DNA of 64,000 bases, taken from contig OX337238.1 of NCBI GenBank assembly GCA_946965045.2, forward strand, positions 1,426,001-1,490,000, written 5' to 3'. A program made the translations under genes and the position numbers. The notes beneath the pieces are model-generated. The model had not been told where the DNA came from. It worked only from the letters and a program-made list of their open reading frames with translations, and searched no databases. Source of the DNA: Epithemia pelagica. Lineage: Eukaryota; Protista; Bacillariophyta. Of this stretch, positions 60,397 through 64,000 are shown piece by piece. Within the stretch, counting starts at the first letter, position 1. The number at the start of each line of letters is the position of its first letter.

Positions 60397-63300
60397 CTAT
60401 GCCGCGAGTTCCTTGACTTTGACCGTTGCACCCCATTCCTGGTACAACTTGAGCGACTGTTCCAGATATTCTTTTCCCCAGTACTCGTCCCGGTGCGGAG
60501 GTTGCAACAGGAATCGTCCCGCACGCTCATATGCTAGAGCGCCGTGGTGACAAAGACCAGCTCGAACCAACGACGCAATGGCTTTCTCATACAAGCCCTT
60601 GACCATATCCACTTTTTGTGGTTGGCGTACGGGCCATCCATTCGGCCTCCACAAGTTGCAACAATGGAAAACTATTCAGAGAATTCATTTTTCTCAAATC
60701 CTTCCTTCCATTTCGAAATAACCGCAGATACTTGGACTGACCCGTTTCCTTATAGGATACAGCCTCCAAGACCATCCAAGAAAGCGAACAGGTAGTTTCC
60801 ATAGTGTGAAACGACAAACCGTCGGCGTTTCGGTGGAAGGACCACGATGCTGTTCATTGCGTCCTCAAGGAATTCCACATCATTGAGGATGATAGCAAGA
60901 GAAAGACGATAATACCGAAGTATCATGCGACCCAGGGATCGCTCAAACACTGGTATGAGCTCTGCATCATCGAATATGTTGAGATACAAAGCCTTCTCCC
61001 AAGACAAGTCACGAGGATTATCACACTGTCCAGTAAGATTAAGTGCCAGGAGCAGAGGGGCAATCTCATAGGCCGCATGCTTTTGCTGATTCAACAACTT
61101 TAACTGGCCGATAAAGTTCTTCATGTCCGACACGTAGGGTTTCAGGGGGAGACCACAGCAAATGTATAAGTTGGCGTACTCGGTGAGGCACAGAACACCG
61201 TAAAAGATATCGCCTCTTTTGAGGCCGATACGGTAACCACACAAAGTTGGATCTAACGCAGATGGCAGAGGTTTCTTGAAATGAAAGCACATAACTTGCG
61301 TAAAAGCAATGGTGGACGGACTGGGATCTTGGTAATTGTCGACTTGCAATGCCAGTTCTGAAAAGCGAAGAGCTTCTTGTCTATGTCCTGTTGTTGATAG
61401 GAGTTGGGCGTAGGAAGCATATGTATTTGAGGTTTCTCGGCATGACCCATACTTCAATGTAAGCTCCATCAGCTTGCAGTCGATCAAACCACTACCTATA
61501 GCATCTTCGGTTCCGAACGTAAACATCAACGTTGACACAAGAATTTGTATGGCTTTCTTGATGTGCATCTCTGAAATGGGGGGAAGATTGAGCAAATCAT
61601 GGTTCGATTTCCCACGAAGCATTCGCTTTATTCGCTTTGACTCAATCAACAAATACACATAGGACGAGGGCCGTAGATGTACACAAACCGCTGCCAAGGC
61701 TTCCCTTGATTTTTGCAACCCGTTCTTAGATTTGTCCAACTCTAAGATGCATGTTATAGGGCATGAATTGCCAATGCAGCAGCTTTATCTTCGGAGTGTC
61801 GTGAATGCTTGACCATGGCTTCAACTAGAGCATTGCTGCGAGTAGGATTATTTCGCATCGACTCCATCTCGGCTAATCGATGATGCACCTCCATCACTAC
61901 ATCATAAGAGCTTGTCCAATCAGTATCCAGAATGAGTTTAAAAGCCTTGTTCAAGAACTCCATAACCAAACCCTCCGCAGATCTCTTTCGAGCCATTCTA
62001 CTCGCCTCCAAATTCAATTTTATCAAGAGAACACGGTCGTCGTCTTGATCACAGATTGAAGTACCGCGGTTCAGTTGGTCCGCAATCAGCATGACATACG
62101 TAGACTTGCCTCCATAAAGCTCATAAAGATATTTTCCAATGGTATAGTGAAGGGAACTCCGTCTCGGACCCTGCAAAATGAGCTCGTAGGCAAATTGACG
62201 AATCCGGTCATGAGAAAATTTAATTGAAGATCCAACAGTCTCAATCAAGTTCTCACTTTCAGCAAGTGCAATAATATGGTCAAAGTTGTAATCCTCTCCC
62301 TCAATGGTTTTTTCCTCCAATGACGGGGAAAGGGGAGCTTCTCCACCTCCCAAATCCATTCCAGATAGGGAATCATCAATACGATCCAACAATGCTTTGT
62401 TGCTGTATACACTTTGAAGCAAACTCCGATCTAGTTGGAAACCAAGACAAGCCGCCAAATACAACAACCGTCGAACTTCAGGAACCACGCCTTCGAGACG
62501 GCGCGTCACTATCTCGGCAACATTCTCCGACACACTTGTGGTTGCTAAAATCTCAGATATGTTCCATGTCCATGCTCCCTGCAAAGGGTTGTAAAGCAAA
62601 ACTTGCTCATGTTCCGGCATCTGAACAAATTGAACGACAAAGAAGGGATTGCCCATGGTTTTTCGATGAACGACAGATTCCAGGTCAAGTAGCAACGCTT
62701 CTTCCTTTTCGTCACGGTAGTTCAGTGAAAGAGCAGACGCCAGCAGATCACAGATCGAGTTCATATTCAAATTTGATACAGCAACATTTTCAATTTGGAC
62801 CATTGTCAAACTCTCCAGAAAGGGCTTGACAAGATTCTGTGTACCCTCATCTTCGTCGCGATATCCACCCAGCAACAACAGATTATGAGCATCCGCATCA
62901 TTCACAATTGCCGAGAGTACATCAAGTGAGTTTGGGTCAGCCCATTGCATGTCATCAATAAACAAAATGACCGGTCGCATGGAGGAACAGAAGGACTTGA
63001 AGAACGCTCTGAACGCCAGAGCGACGCGTTTTGAAGCAAGCACCAATCTCTTCACTTCTGATTGTTGATGCGACAGGCGATGCCTCAAGTTTTCATCCGA
63101 TGTGTCGTCATAGTCGGCGGCTGTGTCAGATTTATCACCAAGCATGACTTCACCTAAGCTTGGAACCACTTCCGTCAGGATTTTCCCTTCAGTTTCCAGA
63201 AACATTTTCATGGTATCCAGAGCTTCGTCGTTTTCTCGTCCATTATCCGCCAAACTCTTGACGATTTGGGCCGCCAGAGAATCCAAGGCATGAACAAGAG

Positions 63301-63562
63301 CGGAATATGGTATGGAAGAATCCAAGTACTGATCAAACTTCCCTTCCAAAAAGTACAATTTCTCATTTTCGACCAGCATATTGTCTGATGATTCTTTTAT
63401 CACTCGACATAGAGACGTTTTGCCTGAACCTGACAATCCATGAACAAAACAAGCTTGAACAGGCGCGTTTTCGACAAAAAGGCGTTGCCTGATGTCACAT
63501 AGCTTCTCGATTTCGTCTTTTCTCCCAAACAAGTTGCCGTTGAGGCATAATTTCCATTTCAT
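60397..63562 (-). pseudogene. STAND/AAA_16 P-loop ATPase with helical C-terminus, three frameshifts
   Basis: Walker A GLSGSGKT, Walker B ILFIDDMQWAD, MGNPFF, SHDRIRQ and the C-terminal YQEWGATVK. Frame breaks at about 61755, 60752 and 60615. Confidence 0.8.
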
Positions 63563-64000
63563 TGTTCCGTACCATCATTAGCTACAAACGCGGCTGTGTT
63601 TTGGTTTTCTTTTAGAAATCCTGTGGTTCGTCGCAATCGTAAACACAAATGTACCATGGTCGATTGTTTGTAATTCGGAAAATAGGGGGACGAAATAGTT
63701 TGGGTCCCTTTTTACGCAACGGGGGAGGAAAAAGGGGGTTGAGAAAGGATCACAGATACAGATACCTTAGCAATCATAGCTTGTTAGATCCGAAATGTTT
63801 TCACAATGAGAGATCCAAAGTCGAGACCTTGATCAAACGTGGCACTTTTTTGGCTCATAAGGTAACATGTCGAGCGAGAACCAACCCATGGCAACGCCAC
63901 TCCACAATTGTACTTACAGCCGCTCCAAGCTGCTGTAGTTTGTCATACGCACAATCAAATCCCATTAAAGGTATTCAGGAAACGATAGTAACCGCCACCA

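Noticed and set aside
1-64000. CRISPR array, rRNA, tRNA or an autonomous transposase/RT gene
   Set aside because: None seen. The 8.2-kb period is a segmental repeat, and the short (AAC)n/(GTC)n runs are ordinary low-complexity sequence.

Overview
Eukaryotic, intron-poor DNA; the gene families and leader peptides suggest a pennate diatom (inference). Positions 1-50390 are a head-to-tail array of an 8202-bp unit: six full units plus about 1.2 kb of a seventh, running off the left edge. Copies differ by a few SNPs and one 1-bp indel. The only intact gene in the unit is a 789-aa protein joining a PD-(D/E)XK nuclease-like domain to an atypical protein kinase. This architecture is known from Crinkler-type effectors and from the fungal Spok poison-antidote meiotic drivers. 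The rest of the unit is debris: a Kelch pseudogene, a FAD-monooxygenase fragment and three related solo-LTR/TIR-like elements. The single-copy right flank (50.4-64 kb) holds pre-insertion versions of the element sites, an SLC17-like MFS transporter and two divergent FAD monooxygenases. It also has a 5'-truncated Kelch paralog and a frameshifted STAND (AAA_16) ATPase gene. The unit is a mosaic of direct and inverted paralogs of this flank plus a kinase module with no counterpart in the window. No rRNA, tRNA or CRISPR array was seen.
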